From Monocercomonoides exilis PA203 (Eukaryota; Protista; Preaxostyla), in contig LSRY02000020.1 of the NCBI GenBank assembly GCA_001643675.2, positions 434,001 through 498,000 on the forward strand: a stretch of DNA of 64,000 nucleotides, given 5' to 3'. A program made the translations under genes and the position numbers. Numbering within the stretch: the stretch's first letter is position 1; each line of letters opens with the position of its first letter. Of the stretch, positions 63,029 to 64,000 are shown in pieces. Below the pieces are notes generated by a model that ran no database searches, was not told the origin of the DNA, and saw only the letters and a program-made list of their open reading frames with translations.

Positions 63029-64000
63029 TTACATAACTGCAGCTTCGTCCATATCATCATCGTCGTCATCGTCATCGCTGTCGATGTCTTCCAAAATGAT
63101 ATTCTTCTCTTTTGCGTAGTGTGCTGCAAACACTTTGTCCATCGAGCTGAAGTGCTCGTGCAATACAGTTCCAAAGATATTCACGGCGCCAAAAGCGATG
63201 CTGTCTTCTCTATTTCTCAAAATAGAACACAAAATTGTCAGACGCTGTCTCAGACGCAGATGCTCCTTTGCATGCTCCTTCCTGTCTTCTTCTGGGTAGT
63301 TTGACTCCACCATCATCTTTTCCTCTGAAAGGAAGACTTGCTTCGTCTGCAGAAGAAGCTCGTTGCTCAAAGAGCGAAGTTCTGTTTTTGGTGAATATGA
63401 GACAACCGAGTCATACATTTGGGCAATGACTTCAAGTAGCTTCTTTCTGGGCGTGTCAATCTGAGCAACGCCAGTCTTCATTTCTGTGGAAAGTTCGATG
63501 TGCTCAGTGAGCGAGGAAGGAATGAGCTGCTTCAGATGCATCGTCTCAAGCGCCATAGAAGACATAAGTCGCTTGAAGGGGATTATAAACACGGCAAACG
63601 CACATACAAGGAAGACCAATTCAACAGCCAAGCAAGCAATGGTCGTTGTTGTGACTTTTGTGAATGATTCTTCAAGCGAATGGAAAAAGCCACGTGTATA
63701 TAGATCATATTGTGCAGCCAGATCATACATTGCAGCTGTTGTTATAAATCCATAGTTTCTGTTCTGAGGCGTCAATGCCCCACTCAAATTGAGACCCACC
63801 TGCACCATCTTCCTGTCAAACCGTGCAGACATCAAGCCGAATGAAAAGAACATGTCATATCCAGATATCCTGCCATCCACACAGTCATCTTTGTTCTCCA
63901 ATGGGCAGTTATCTTCACCATCAGCCCCTTTGAATATGATGCTTGTTACTTCGGGTGAGCACTCCACAGTCGCCACATCCAGCTTCGAATCCGTCGTCCA
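63029..64000 (-). CDS. 3' part of a membrane protein with C-terminal hemerythrin-like domain
   Basis: TM (IACLAVELVFLVCAFAVFIIPF) followed by TGVAQID, FLSEEKMM..NYP, EHAKEH, HEHFSSMD and an acidic tail. The frame stays open to the window edge. Confidence 0.75.
   Translation of the reverse strand, partial: WTTDSKLDVATVECSPEVTSIIFKGADGEDNCPLENKDDCVDGRISGYDMFFSFGLMSARFDRKMVQVGLNLSGALTPQNRNYGFITTAAMYDLAAQYDLYTRGFFHSLEESFTKVTTTTIACLAVELVFLVCAFAVFIIPFKRLMSSMALETMHLKQLIPSSLTEHIELSTEMKTGVAQIDTPRKKLLEVIAQMYDSVVSYSPKTELRSLSNELLLQTKQVFLSEEKMMVESNYPEEDRKEHAKEHLRLRQRLTILCSILRNREDSIAFGAVNIFGTVLHEHFSSMDKVFAAHYAKEKNIILEDIDSDDDDDDDDMDEAAVM

Noticed and set aside
1-64000. CRISPR arrays, tRNA, rRNA or telomeric repeats
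   Set aside because: None recognised by eye; tRNAscan-SE and Rfam were not run.

Overview
Eukaryotic, AT-rich genomic DNA with short GT-AG introns, the standard genetic code and extreme poly-Ser/poly-Glu insertions. The gene families (Cys-rich GGA[IV] beta-helix surface proteins with degenerate kinase tails; the 'LLKHVG..ENEKK..EKLL.DLC' hypothetical family) strongly suggest the oxymonad Monocercomonoides or a close relative; this is an inference. In order: a pseudogene patchwork (1-5 kb, including a myotubularin fragment); a decayed hAT transposase (6.3-9.3 kb, -); a TGAC-motif cluster; a membrane-anchored protein with two tandem S41 peptidase domains; a Ser-rich protein; a 2592-aa beta-helix receptor-like pseudokinase; a decayed helical-repeat gene; a P-loop GTPase whose frame is split by one in-frame TAA; an M16C metallopeptidase; a DNA-transposon nest (long foldback element, decayed DDE_Tnp_4 transposase, 496-bp MITE with an 8-bp TSD); a kinase-less beta-helix surface protein; an unannotated minus-strand cluster of box C/D snoRNA candidates; a hugely expanded VPS15; and the 3' end of a membrane protein with a degenerate hemerythrin domain. 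The signals not visible in the ORF track are the snoRNA cluster, the two inverted-repeat elements and the DDE_Tnp_4 remnant.
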